From assembly GCA_903896535.1 (NCBI GenBank), contig CAITYE010000400.1, positions 1 to 47,467 of the forward strand: a stretch of 47,467 bases of DNA, written 5' to 3'. The translations under genes and the position numbers were made by a program. Positions 10,438 through 19,654 of the stretch are shown in pieces (the stretch's first letter is position 1; the number at the start of each line of letters is the position of its first letter). This DNA comes from an uncultured Paracraurococcus sp. (GTDB lineage Bacteria; Pseudomonadota; Alphaproteobacteria; Acetobacterales; Acetobacteraceae). The notes under the pieces are model-generated. The model was not told the DNA's origin, did no database searches, and worked only from the letters and a program-made list of their open reading frames with translations.

Positions 10438-10947
10438 ATGACCTGCCCCGTCGCCCCCGCACCGAAACTGCCGATCCCCACCATCCATCGCCAGGTGCCG
10501 CAATACCTCGCCCGGCGCCTCTGGCAGGTCGCGGCGACGCTGCAGGCGGAGGCGCTCGGCGAATTCGGCCTCGGCGCGCCCTGGCATTCCGGGCTGCTGG
10601 TCCAGCTTCGCGACACACCGGGGATGGAGAGGAACTGGCTCGCCTCGGCGATCGGGGTCGATGCGACCTCCACCGGCCAGGCGCTCGCGGCCTTCGAGGC
10701 GCGCGGCCTGGTCGACCGGAAGCCGCACCCTGAGGATGGCCGCGCCAACGCTTTCTCGCTGACCGAGGCCGGGCAGGCGTTGGTCACGCAGGTCTCGCAG
10801 CGCTCGCGCGCCGTCGCCGCGATGCTGCTCTCCCCCCTCACCGAGGCCGAGGCCGAGACGCTGCTGAGGCTGCTCGCCCGCCTGGTCGATGCCCATGAAC
10901 TCCACGCGCGTCCCGGGGCCGGCCGCCGACCGCCGCGGCGCGCGTGA
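10438..10947 (+). CDS. MarR family transcriptional regulator
   Basis: 169 aa from the internal ATG, with a winged-helix MarR-like core (LLVQLRDTPGMERNWLASAIGVDATSTGQALAAFEARGLVDRKPHPEDGRANAFSLTEAG). The longer ORF-track start lies antisense to queG. Confidence 0.8.
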   Translation: MTCPVAPAPKLPIPTIHRQVPQYLARRLWQVAATLQAEALGEFGLGAPWHSGLLVQLRDTPGMERNWLASAIGVDATSTGQALAAFEARGLVDRKPHPEDGRANAFSLTEAGQALVTQVSQRSRAVAAMLLSPLTEAEAETLLRLLARLVDAHELHARPGAGRRPPRRA

Positions 10948-10964
10948 CCGGAAGGAGAGCACCC

Positions 10965-11930
10965 ATGTCACCCCACATCTACCGACGCAGCATCCTCGGT
11001 ATCGCGACAAGCTTCGCGGCCAGCGCCGCGCATGCGCAGGCGCCCTGGCCGGACCGCCCGGTCCGGCTGATCAATTCCGGCGCGCCGGGGTCGGGGATCG
11101 ACCTGATGGCGCGCATCCTGTCGGACGCGCTGGCGCAGCGCCTGGGCCAGCCCTTCCCCGTGGAGAGTCGGCCCGGCGCGGGATCGGTGCTGGCGGCGCA
11201 GGCCCATGCGCAGGCTGGGGCCGGGGAATCGCTGCTGCTTGGCGCGACCGGCATCGCGTCCACCGTGCCCTACACCTTCACCGGGCGGCTGCCCTACGAG
11301 GAGGCTCAGCTGGTGCCGATCGCGATCCTGGGCAGCGAGTATCTCGCCTGGGTCGCACCGGCGTCGCTGCCAGTGAGCGACCTCCGTAGCCTCGTGGCTT
11401 GGATAAAGGCCAATGCGGGCGCGGCGAACTGGTATTCGGTGCCGGGCTATGCCGAGCTCGACGTGCGCCGCTTCATGGCGGAGCGCGGGCTGGATGCGAC
11501 CTTCGTCGCCTACCAGGGATCGCCCCCGGCGGTGCTCGATCTGGCTGCGGGTCGCATCCAGCTCGGCGTGCTGCCGCTGACGCCGGCGATGAGCGCGATC
11601 CGGGAGGGGCGGCTGCGCGCCTTGGCGGTGACGTCCGGTACCCGCGCGCCGACACTGCCTGAGGTGCCGACGGTCGAGGAAGCGGGATTCGCCGATCTGC
11701 GATACGACCCGTTCACGGCCCTGTTTGGCTGGCGCGGCATGCCGGCGGCGGCGCGCGATCGCGTCGCGGCGGTGGTCGCCGAGGTCGCGGCGCGGCCGGA
11801 GATGGCGGAGCGGCTGCGGAGTGCGGGAATCGTGCCGCGCTATGGCTCGGCGGCGGAACTGGCGGAGGTCATCGCCTTCCAGCGCGACCGCGTGCAGGCC
11901 GCGCTCCGGGTGACCGGCGCGCGGGGCTAG
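10965..11930 (+). CDS. Bug family (TctC-like) tripartite tricarboxylate transporter substrate-binding protein, orphan
   Basis: The ATG at 10965 is preceded by GGAAGGAGA. It has a signal peptide (MSPHIYRRSILGIATSFAASAAHAQA) followed by the Bug hallmark WPDRPVRLI. No tctA or tctB gene is nearby. Confidence 0.85.
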   Translation: MSPHIYRRSILGIATSFAASAAHAQAPWPDRPVRLINSGAPGSGIDLMARILSDALAQRLGQPFPVESRPGAGSVLAAQAHAQAGAGESLLLGATGIASTVPYTFTGRLPYEEAQLVPIAILGSEYLAWVAPASLPVSDLRSLVAWIKANAGAANWYSVPGYAELDVRRFMAERGLDATFVAYQGSPPAVLDLAAGRIQLGVLPLTPAMSAIREGRLRALAVTSGTRAPTLPEVPTVEEAGFADLRYDPFTALFGWRGMPAAARDRVAAVVAEVAARPEMAERLRSAGIVPRYGSAAELAEVIAFQRDRVQAALRVTGARG

Positions 11931-12032
11931 AGCGCGATGCGTTGAGGCGGAATCGCCGAAGGCGCTGAATCGCGCGATCCAACACATGCTAGAGCGGGCT
12001 GCGTGAACGTATGTGAACGCAGCATGCTCTAG
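11927..12032 (+). repeat. CTAG-bounded mosaic hairpin repeat, copy A (106 bp)
   Basis: Runs ctagagcgcgatgcg...gcagcatgctctag. It is identical in reverse complement to 37359-37464, and its first 78 nt match 31020-31097 at 77/78. Confidence 0.9.
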
Positions 12033-12499
12033 CCACGCCCCCGGTAAGGCGCGACGCCTTGGTCGGGGATCCAGACGCCGTCCGGTGGCGCGCCGGTCTG
12101 GAAGAAGACGTCGATGGGGATGCCGCCGCGCGGATACCAATAGCCGCCGATCCGCAGCCATTCCGGCGCCAGCGTCGCTTCCAGCCGCTTGCCGATCGCG
12201 ACCGTGCAGGCCTCATGGAAAGCGCCGTGGTTGCGGAAGGCGCCGAGGAAGAGCTTGAGCGACTTGCTTTCCACCAGCCAGTCGCGCGGCACGTAGTCGA
12301 TCACCAGATGCGCGAAATCCGGCTGGCCCGTGAGCGGGCAGAGCGAGGTGAACTCCGGCGCCGCGAAGCGCACCAGATAGCGCGTGCCTGGATGCGGGTT
12401 GGGCACGCGTTCCAGGATCGCCGCCTCCGGCGAGGCGGGCAGCGCCGCGGGCTGGCCAAGCAGGGTCAGGCCGGTAGTGTCGGTCCTTGCTTCGGTCAT
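12029..12499 (-). CDS. queF: NADPH-dependent 7-cyano-7-deazaguanine (preQ0) reductase
   Basis: 156 aa from the internal ATG. It has the unimodular QueF motifs [14 protein letters not shown] and the GAFHE region. An ATGA overlap links it to the tgt stop. Confidence 0.9.
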   Translation of the reverse strand: MTEARTDTTGLTLLGQPAALPASPEAAILERVPNPHPGTRYLVRFAAPEFTSLCPLTGQPDFAHLVIDYVPRDWLVESKSLKLFLGAFRNHGAFHEACTVAIGKRLEATLAPEWLRIGGYWYPRGGIPIDVFFQTGAPPDGVWIPDQGVAPYRGRG

Positions 12500-13611
12500 G
12501 CGTCCGCTGCCTCCCATCCCGCCCTGAGTGCTGCGGCATACGCCGCGAAGCGGCCTTCCAGGATCGCCGCGCGAATCCCCTGCATCAGGTCCTGATAGTA
12601 CTGGATATTGTGCCAGGTCAGCAGCATCGGGCCGAGCATCTCCGCCGCCTTGATCAGGTGGTGCAGGTAGCCGCGCGAATGCCGCGCGCAGGCGGGGCAG
12701 GCGCAGCCGGGATCGATCGGGCCGGTCGCATCGGCGTGGCGGGCATTGCGCATGTTCAGCACACCGCGCCGCGTATAGACCCGACCGGTGCGGCCGCTGC
12801 GCGTCGGGATCACGCAGTCGAACATGTCGATGCCGCGCTCCACCGCGCCCAGGATATCGTCCGGCGTGCCGACCCCCATCAGGTAGCGCGCCTGGGTCGC
12901 CGGCAGCAGCGGGCAGGTGGCGTCCAGCACCGCCAGCATCGCCGCCTGCCCTTCGCCCACCGCCAGCCCGCCCACCGCATAGCCTTCGAAGCTGATCGCG
13001 GTCAGCGCCGCGACGCTTTCCGCGCGCAGCGCGGGAAAGACGCCGCCCTGGACTATGCCGAACAGCCCATAGCCCGGGCGCGGCACGAAGGCGTCGCGGC
13101 TGCGGCGCGCCCAGCGCATCGACAGGCGCATCGAGGCGGCGGCCTGTTCCTCCGTCGCCGGGAAAGGCGTGCATTCATCGAGGCACATCGTCACATCGGC
13201 ATCCAGCATGTGCTGGATTTCGATGCTGCGCTCCGGGCTCAGCGCGTGGCGGCTGCCGTCGATATGGCTGCGGAAGGTGACGCCGCCCTCCTCCATCTTC
13301 CGCAGCGCGGCGAGGCTCATCACCTGGAAGCCGCCGCTATCGGTCAGGATCGGCCCCGGCCAGTCCATCATGCCATGCAGCCCGCCGAGGCGGGCCACGC
13401 GCTCCGCCCCCGGGCGCAGCATCAGATGATAGGTATTGCCGAGCACCATGCGCGCCCCGGTCGCGCGCACGGCATCGGCGGACATCGCCTTGACCGTGCC
13501 GGCGGTGCCGACGGGCATGAAGACCGGCGTCGGCACCTCGCCATGCGCGGTGTGCAGCATCCCCGCGCGCGCCGCGCCTTCCTGGCCGGCAAGGCGCCAA
13601 TGCAGCGTCAT
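12496..13611 (-). CDS. tgt: Queuine tRNA-ribosyltransferase
   Basis: 371 aa from the ATG at 13611. Typical Tgt N-terminus ([23 protein letters not shown]) and zinc site (CACPAC...H). It overlaps the queA stop by 4 nt. Confidence 0.95.
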   Translation of the reverse strand: MTLHWRLAGQEGAARAGMLHTAHGEVPTPVFMPVGTAGTVKAMSADAVRATGARMVLGNTYHLMLRPGAERVARLGGLHGMMDWPGPILTDSGGFQVMSLAALRKMEEGGVTFRSHIDGSRHALSPERSIEIQHMLDADVTMCLDECTPFPATEEQAAASMRLSMRWARRSRDAFVPRPGYGLFGIVQGGVFPALRAESVAALTAISFEGYAVGGLAVGEGQAAMLAVLDATCPLLPATQARYLMGVGTPDDILGAVERGIDMFDCVIPTRSGRTGRVYTRRGVLNMRNARHADATGPIDPGCACPACARHSRGYLHHLIKAAEMLGPMLLTWHNIQYYQDLMQGIRAAILEGRFAAYAAALRAGWEAADA

Positions 13612-14675
13612 GGCGCGTCCTCCGGGAACAGCAGGCTGGCATCGCCATAGCTGTAGAAGCGGTAGCCGGCGGTGATCGCGTGGGCATAGGCCGCGCGCAT
13701 TCGCGCCGTCCCGGCGAAGGCTGAGACCAGCATGAACAGCGTGCTCCGCGGTAGGTGGAAATTGGTCAGCAGCACATCGGCGGCGCGGAAACGGTGGCCG
13801 GGCAGCAGAAAGATATCGGTCAGGCCGCGAAAGGGGCGGACTGGATGCCAGTGATCCTCGGTGCCGAGCGCAGCTGTCTCCAGCAGCCGGAGCGCCGTGG
13901 TGCCGATTGCCACGATCCGCTTGCCAGCCGGGCGAGCCGAATTGATCAGGTCTGCCGCCTCTGGCGTGATCTCGCCCCATTCGGCGTGCAGCCGATGGTC
14001 GCGCGGGTCCTCGGCACGTAGCGGCAGGAAGGTGCCGGCGCCGACATGCAGGGTCAGGGTTGCCAGCCGGACGCCGCGCGCCTCCAGCGCCGCCAGCAGG
14101 CGCGGCGTGAAATGCAGGCTGGCGGTCGGCGCCGCCACCGCGCCAGGGCGAGCGGCGAAGACGGTCTGATAATCCTCCCGATCCTCCGGCCGTGCTCCAT
14201 CGGGGCGATGGATATAGGGTGGCAGCGGCACTTCCCCGGCGGCGTCCAGCGCCGCTGCCAGCGCCCCCGGATCAGGTCCGAAATCGAGCCGCACCAGACC
14301 CCCCGGCAACCGTTCGAGCACCATCGCGTCCAGCGTCGCGCCCTCGATCGCCACCCGATCGCCCGCACGCAGCCGGCGGGCATTGCGGCATATCGCCTGC
14401 CAGATGCCGCCGCCCTCGGCGCGGTTCAGCATGATCTCGACCGCCGCTGCGCCCCGTCGGCCGCGAAGCCGTGCAGGGATGACCCGGGTGTCGTTCACAA
14501 CCATGACATCGCCCGGCGCGAGCAGCGTCGGCAGGTCGCGTATGCCTTGGTCAGCAAGACCGTCCTCGCGCACCAGCAGTAGGCGCGCGGCATCGCGCGG
14601 GCGCAAAGGCGTCTGGGCGATCTGCGCTTCGGGCAGGACGAAATCGAAATCGGCGGTGCGAAGATCGGGCAACAC
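13608..14675 (-). CDS. queA: S-adenosylmethionine:tRNA ribosyltransferase-isomerase
   Basis: 355 aa with a GTG start. QueA N-terminal signature ([25 protein letters not shown]) and C-terminal YRFYSYGDA. Confidence 0.93.
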   Translation of the reverse strand: MLPDLRTADFDFVLPEAQIAQTPLRPRDAARLLLVREDGLADQGIRDLPTLLAPGDVMVVNDTRVIPARLRGRRGAAAVEIMLNRAEGGGIWQAICRNARRLRAGDRVAIEGATLDAMVLERLPGGLVRLDFGPDPGALAAALDAAGEVPLPPYIHRPDGARPEDREDYQTVFAARPGAVAAPTASLHFTPRLLAALEARGVRLATLTLHVGAGTFLPLRAEDPRDHRLHAEWGEITPEAADLINSARPAGKRIVAIGTTALRLLETAALGTEDHWHPVRPFRGLTDIFLLPGHRFRAADVLLTNFHLPRSTLFMLVSAFAGTARMRAAYAHAITAGYRFYSYGDASLLFPEDAP

Positions 14676-14748
14676 CGTTGCCGCCTAGCCCGGCGGCGCC
14701 AGCGGTTCAATCTGGACCTCCCCGCGCCGTCGAGGTACCAGCCGCCCA

Positions 14749-15756
14749 ATGAAAATATTAATTATCTTTGCCTTTCTGCTGTTCTCCGCCTCTGCGATGG
14801 CCGAGCCGATCCGCTTCGTCGCCTTTGGCGACATGCCCTATTGCCAGCCAGGCGCACCGGATCGCTGCCCGGCCGAGGAAGGGCGGGTCGCCCGGTTGAT
14901 GGCGCAGATCAATGCCGCTCGGCCCGCCTTCTCGATCTTCGTCGGTGATACCAAGGGGGGCGCGGAAATCTGCACCGATGAAAAGGTACTTCGTGCCTTT
15001 TCCTGGATGACCCTGGCCGACCATCCCTTGATCTACACGCCCGGCGACAATGAATGGGTGGATTGCTGGCAGGATCGCGGCGGCCGCTTCGACCCGCAGG
15101 AGCGGCTGGCCCTGCTGCGCACCCGCTTCTTCCCGGACGCCCTTAGTCTAGGCCAGCGGCCCATGCCCCTGCAGCGGCAGGCCAAGCCGACCGTCGAGAA
15201 CGCCCGTTGGTCGCGCGACAACGTCATCTTCGCGACCATCCACATCCCAGGCAGCAATAATGGTCGCCCGGCCGAGCCCGGAGAGGAGGCCATGGAAAGC
15301 CTGCCGCACGGCGCCACCGCCCTGGCCGAATTCACCGCCCGTGACGTTGCCAATCGCGCCTGGCTGGCCGAGACCTTTGCTGCCGTGAGCCCGGCGACCC
15401 GGGCGATCGTTCTGGCGGTGCAAGCAGACATGTTCTACCGCCAGACATGTGGCCACGGGTACGGCAGCGGCTATCGCGCCTTCCTGGCCGATCTTGCGCC
15501 CCTGGCGGCGCGCTTTGGCAAGCCAGTGCTGCTCATCAATGGCGATACGCATCTGTTTCGCCACAGCCGGCCGCTGGCATCGGCCCCCAACCTGATGCGC
15601 TTGATGGTCCCGGGGAACCGCGACGTGCAGGCCGTGGTGGTCACCCTCGACCCTGAGGCCGCCGCCCCCTTCGACTTCGAACTGCTGGGCGAGGCCGGTC
15701 GGCCGCCAAGCGCGGTGCCCTGCCCTGGCTACGCCCTGCCGGCCGGCGCCGGCTGA
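14749..15756 (+). CDS. Secreted metallophosphoesterase-like protein
   Basis: Signal peptide MKILIIFAFLLFSASAMA, then divergent calcineurin-like motifs (FVAFGDMPY, VGDTKGG, PGDNEW, NGDTHLF). I see no clear SD. Confidence 0.6.
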   Translation: MKILIIFAFLLFSASAMAEPIRFVAFGDMPYCQPGAPDRCPAEEGRVARLMAQINAARPAFSIFVGDTKGGAEICTDEKVLRAFSWMTLADHPLIYTPGDNEWVDCWQDRGGRFDPQERLALLRTRFFPDALSLGQRPMPLQRQAKPTVENARWSRDNVIFATIHIPGSNNGRPAEPGEEAMESLPHGATALAEFTARDVANRAWLAETFAAVSPATRAIVLAVQADMFYRQTCGHGYGSGYRAFLADLAPLAARFGKPVLLINGDTHLFRHSRPLASAPNLMRLMVPGNRDVQAVVVTLDPEAAAPFDFELLGEAGRPPSAVPCPGYALPAGAG

Positions 15757-15845
15757 GGCGGCGCTGATCGCCGCGCTGGAAACTGACTGGCGCTGCCCGG
15801 CGAAATGCGCGAGCCTTCCGGCAAATCACCTTGGGGGAGGATCTT

Positions 15846-16919
15846 ATGAACGCCACGCGCCGGGGCTTTCTGGGCGGTATCGCCTTTTGCGGATGCGGCC
15901 TGAAGCACGCGGTCGCCGCGCCGGGTCAGCCGCAGCGTCAGGCGGTGAAGGTCGCCGGCAAGCGGGTGAAGACTATCGATGTTCATGCGCATTGCGTCTT
16001 CCTCGATGTCCTGCCGCTGATCGACAATGACCGCTCGGTGCTGGTCAATGCCGTGCGTGGTGCCAACGAGGCGCCGATCGACGTCCCTACCCGGCTCGCC
16101 GCCATGGACCGCCAGAAGGTGGACATGGAAGTGCTCTCGGTGAACCCGTTCTGGTACCGCCGTCCCCGTGACATCGCGGCGCAGATCGTCAAGGTCAACA
16201 ATGAGAAGATGGCCGAGCTTTGCGCCGCCCATCCCGATCGCTTCGCCGGCTTCTGCTCCCTCACCCTGCAAGACCCGCAGCTGGCGGTGCAGGAGCTGGA
16301 GCGGGCGATGAAGAGCCAGGGGCTGAAGGGTGCCGCGGTCGGCACCAACCTCGCCGGCGTGCCCTTCTCTGACGCCCGCTTCCACCCAGTCTGGGCCAAG
16401 GCTGAGGAGCTTGGTGCGGCGCTGTTCTTCCACCCGCAGGGGGTGCCGGAGCTGAACGCGCAGCTGGCCGGCAATGGCTGGCTCGCCAACGCCGTCGCCT
16501 ACCCGACCGAGACCAGCATCACTCTCTCGAAGCTGATCTTCGAAGGGACGCTCGATAAATTCCCGAAGCTCAAGATTATCAGCGCCCATGGCGGTGGTTG
16601 GCTGCCGCACTACGCCGACCGCCAGGATCATGCCTGCCTGGTCAATCCCGGTGGTTGCGATCCGAACATCAAGTTGAAGAAAAAGCCCAGTGAGTATCTG
16701 AAGCAGATGTGGTTCGACAGCTTGGTCTTCTCGCCGGAGGCGATCCGCCATCTCCAGGCGCAGGTGGGTGCCTCGCAGATCGTGCTGGGCAGCGATTACC
16801 CTTATCCGTGGCAGCTTGACCCGGTGGATCACATTTTTGCCTGCGGCTCCCTCAATGCCGCCCAGAAGCGGGCGGTGCTCGGCGATACCGCGGCGCGAAT
16901 TCTGAACATCAAGACCTGA
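15846..16919 (+). CDS. Amidohydrolase-2 family protein with Tat-type signal
   Basis: The ATG at 15846 follows GGGGAGGA. The N-terminus carries an RRGFLGG twin-arginine motif, and an HxH metal motif is present (IDVHAHCV). Confidence 0.8.
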   Translation: MNATRRGFLGGIAFCGCGLKHAVAAPGQPQRQAVKVAGKRVKTIDVHAHCVFLDVLPLIDNDRSVLVNAVRGANEAPIDVPTRLAAMDRQKVDMEVLSVNPFWYRRPRDIAAQIVKVNNEKMAELCAAHPDRFAGFCSLTLQDPQLAVQELERAMKSQGLKGAAVGTNLAGVPFSDARFHPVWAKAEELGAALFFHPQGVPELNAQLAGNGWLANAVAYPTETSITLSKLIFEGTLDKFPKLKIISAHGGGWLPHYADRQDHACLVNPGGCDPNIKLKKKPSEYLKQMWFDSLVFSPEAIRHLQAQVGASQIVLGSDYPYPWQLDPVDHIFACGSLNAAQKRAVLGDTAARILNIKT

Positions 16920-16959
16920 TCGCGCTATACCTTCGGGCCTATGCGGCGGGGAGTTTAGC

Positions 16960-19263
16960 ATGCCCGAGGGATCGATTGGAGTGTCGCGCAGGCGGCGGGA
17001 GGATGCGCGGTTCCTGACGGGGACCGGGCGTTTCACAGCCGACCTGATCCCGCCGGGCACGCCCCGCAGTGTCATCTTGCGCAGCCCGCACGCGCATGCC
17101 CGCATCCGCCGCCTCGATGCGACTGCGGCGCGGGCCATGCCGGGCGTGCTGCTGGTGCTGACCGGTGCCGATCTGGCGGCCGAGGGCCTTGCGCCGCTGC
17201 CCTGCCCGGTGAAGGTCGCGACCCTCGGGCCGCTGATTATTCCGCCCCGCGCCGCGCTGGCCGTCGATACCGTCCGCCACGTTGGCGAACCCGTAGCGCT
17301 GGTGGTCGCCACCACCGAAGCCGCGGCGATCGATGCGGTCGAAGCGATCGACGTCGACTACGCGCCGCTGCCGGCGGCGATCGGGGCCGCTGTTGCGCTG
17401 CGCCCGGAAGCCCCACAGATCTGGACGGAGGCGCCCGGCAACCTCGCCTTCCGCTTCGAGCGCGGCGACCGTGCCGCGACCGAGGCGGCCTTCGCCGCCG
17501 CCGCCCATGTTGTGGAATGCCGGATCGTCAACCAGCGCATCCATGCCGCGCCGATCGAACCCCGCGCCGCATTGGCCAGCTTCGCCGCGGGCCGCTTCGA
17601 CCTGTTGCATACGGGGATGGGCGTGCATGGCACCCGTGCCCAGCTGGCCGAGGTGTTCCGCCTGCCGGAGGCCGCCTTCCGGCTGCATTGCCCGGATGTT
17701 GGTGGTGGCTTCGGGATGAAGAATTTCCTCTTTCCCGAATACGTCGCGCTCTGCGTCGCCGCGCGGCGGCTCGGCCGGCCCGTCGCCTGGGTCGCCACCG
17801 GCGCCGAGGAATTCCAGGGCGCTGTGCATGCCCGCGACCATGACGGGGTGGCCCGCCTTGCGCTCGATGCCGAGGGCCACTTCCTCGGCCTGCATGCCAG
17901 CTATGCTGCGGATCTCGGTGCCTATTGCTCGGCCAATGGGCCGGGCTGCCCGACCAATTCGGTGTCCACTGCCATCGGCGGTGTATACGCCATCCCCGCC
18001 GTGCTGCTGGAGGTGCGGGGTGTCTTCACCAATACCGTGCCGGTCGATGCGTATCGCGGCGCGGGCAAGCCAGAGGCGAACTACCTGACGGAACGGCTGG
18101 TGGAGGCGGCGGCGCGCGCGCTCGGCGTCGATCCGCTGGCGATCCGCCGGCAGAACGCGATCGCCGCCTTTCCCTATCGCAGCGCGACCGGGATGCTGAT
18201 GGATACCGGCCGGTTCGGCGCCAATCTCGTCGATCTCGAGGCGCTGGCGGATCGCGCCGGCTTCGCCGCGCGCCGCGCGGCGAGCGAGGCAGCCGGGCAG
18301 CGGCGCGGCCTTGGTATCGCCTGCTTCCTCGAGACATCGCGTGGTGCGCCGCAGGAATGGGCGGCGGTGCGCTTCGCCGCTGATGGCATGGTGGATCTGG
18401 CGGTCGGCACCCAGTCGAACGGCCAGGGTCTCGAGACCAGCTTTCCGCAATTCGCCGCCCAATGGCTCGGCTTGCCAGAGGAACGCTTTCGCTTCGTGCA
18501 GGCGGATACGGATAGCGTGGCCTTCGGCAATGGCCATGGCGGCGCGCGGTCTCTGCATGTCGGCGGCACCGCTTTGGTCATGGCGATGGAGGCGATGCTG
18601 GAGAAGGCGCGCCGCCTGGCCGCGCATCTGCTGCAGGCCGCGGTGGCCGAGCTCGATTTTGCCGGCGGCGCTTTCCGGGTGCGGGGCACCGATCGCGGCA
18701 TAGACCTGCCGGCGCTGGCCCTGGCGGCCCGCGATCCCGCGCAATTGCCGGAAGGTATGGCGCCCGGGCTGGATACCGAGGCGAAAAACCTCTCCGAGCT
18801 CGTCACCTTCCCGAGCGGCGCGCATCTCGCCGAGGTGGAGATCGACTCCGAGACCGGCGTGGTGACGCTGCAGCGTTACCTCGCGGTTGATGATTATGGC
18901 CGGCTGATCAACCCGCTGCTGACCGAGGGGCAGGTGCAGGGCGGGCTTGCCCAGGGAATCGGACAGGCCCTGCTGGAGCGCATTCTGCACGCGCCCGACA
19001 GCGGCCAATTGCTGACGGCCTCCTGCATGGATTACGCGCTGCCGCGGGCCGACGATCTGCCACCTCTGACCATCGTGCTGCGAGAGGACCCGACCGGCTC
19101 CAATCCGCTCGGCGTGAAGGGGGTGGGTCAGGCAGGTGCGATCGGCGCGCCGCAGACGGTGATGGCAGCGGTGCGAGATGCGCTGGGCGGCGCCGAACTG
19201 GCCATGCCGGCGACGCCCGAGGCGGTATGGCGCGCGCTGCGTGCCGCGGTGGCCGGCGCCTGA
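16960..19263 (+). CDS. Xanthine dehydrogenase/aldehyde oxidase family molybdopterin-binding subunit
   Basis: 767 aa. The N-terminus GVSRRRREDARFLTGTGRFTADL is typical of CoxL/XdhB-like large subunits. An SD (GGGGAG) lies upstream. Confidence 0.9.
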   Translation: MPEGSIGVSRRRREDARFLTGTGRFTADLIPPGTPRSVILRSPHAHARIRRLDATAARAMPGVLLVLTGADLAAEGLAPLPCPVKVATLGPLIIPPRAALAVDTVRHVGEPVALVVATTEAAAIDAVEAIDVDYAPLPAAIGAAVALRPEAPQIWTEAPGNLAFRFERGDRAATEAAFAAAAHVVECRIVNQRIHAAPIEPRAALASFAAGRFDLLHTGMGVHGTRAQLAEVFRLPEAAFRLHCPDVGGGFGMKNFLFPEYVALCVAARRLGRPVAWVATGAEEFQGAVHARDHDGVARLALDAEGHFLGLHASYAADLGAYCSANGPGCPTNSVSTAIGGVYAIPAVLLEVRGVFTNTVPVDAYRGAGKPEANYLTERLVEAAARALGVDPLAIRRQNAIAAFPYRSATGMLMDTGRFGANLVDLEALADRAGFAARRAASEAAGQRRGLGIACFLETSRGAPQEWAAVRFAADGMVDLAVGTQSNGQGLETSFPQFAAQWLGLPEERFRFVQADTDSVAFGNGHGGARSLHVGGTALVMAMEAMLEKARRLAAHLLQAAVAELDFAGGAFRVRGTDRGIDLPALALAARDPAQLPEGMAPGLDTEAKNLSELVTFPSGAHLAEVEIDSETGVVTLQRYLAVDDYGRLINPLLTEGQVQGGLAQGIGQALLERILHAPDSGQLLTASCMDYALPRADDLPPLTIVLREDPTGSNPLGVKGVGQAGAIGAPQTVMAAVRDALGGAELAMPATPEAVWRALRAAVAGA

Positions 19264-19338
19264 GTAGTGCTGGCGGCAGCGGGGCCGCCGCCGCGCTGAT
19301 TAACCGGATCTTCAGCTTCGCCAGGCAAGGTTCGGCCC

Positions 19339-19548
19339 ATGATCGTCGCACCTGCCCTTGCTTCACTCGCTGCCTCCGCGGCCTCAGCTATCTCGCCGCC
19401 CGGCGATATAAGGCCGGTGCGCGGCATCGCCCCGACCGCTGGGATTGGTTCGGCCGAAGGCAGCGCCGCGCAACGCCAACTGGACGCAGTTCCACCCGCC
19501 CCCGCCCGGCCCCTGCCGCGCGGCTCCCTGCTCGATCTGAAAGTGTGA
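19339..19548 (+). CDS. Hypothetical small protein (weak call)
   Basis: A 69-aa ORF in a 390-bp spacer. It has an Ala-rich signal-like N-terminus and moderately G/C-biased third positions, a weak SD and no recognisable family. Confidence 0.2.
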   Translation: MIVAPALASLAASAASAISPPGDIRPVRGIAPTAGIGSAEGSAAQRQLDAVPPAPARPLPRGSLLDLKV

Positions 19549-19654
19549 TCCCCAGCGAACTCTGTATTGTGCGGCCCGTCGTCGCGGCCGTAGCGTTACC
19601 GCATCGCACCGGCGCCGCTTGCCGAGGGCCCGTCCTGGGCGGCATCCTTGGCCT

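Noticed and set aside
10968-12161. The peptide MCWIARFSAFGDSASTHRALA recurs at the start of or within three ORFs (10968-12161 -, 30217-31080 -, 37290-37490 +). This could suggest a repeated small gene.
   Set aside because: The shared peptide is simply the translation of the CTAG-bounded repeat element. The ORFs otherwise run antisense through real genes or through spacer.
14676-14748. A possible preQ1 riboswitch upstream of queA-tgt-queF.
   Set aside because: The spacer is only 73 bp and GC-rich, and is shared with a divergent gene. I see no small hairpin followed by the A-rich tail typical of preQ1-I/II aptamers. I cannot exclude one without a covariance-model scan.
14749-14800. A strikingly A/T-rich start of the metallophosphoesterase-like gene (atgaaaatattaattatctttgcc...), considered as a sign of foreign origin.
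   Set aside because: The A/T richness is confined to the signal-peptide codons. The rest of the gene has genome-typical G/C-ending codons. This is more likely low-structure selection at the translation start.
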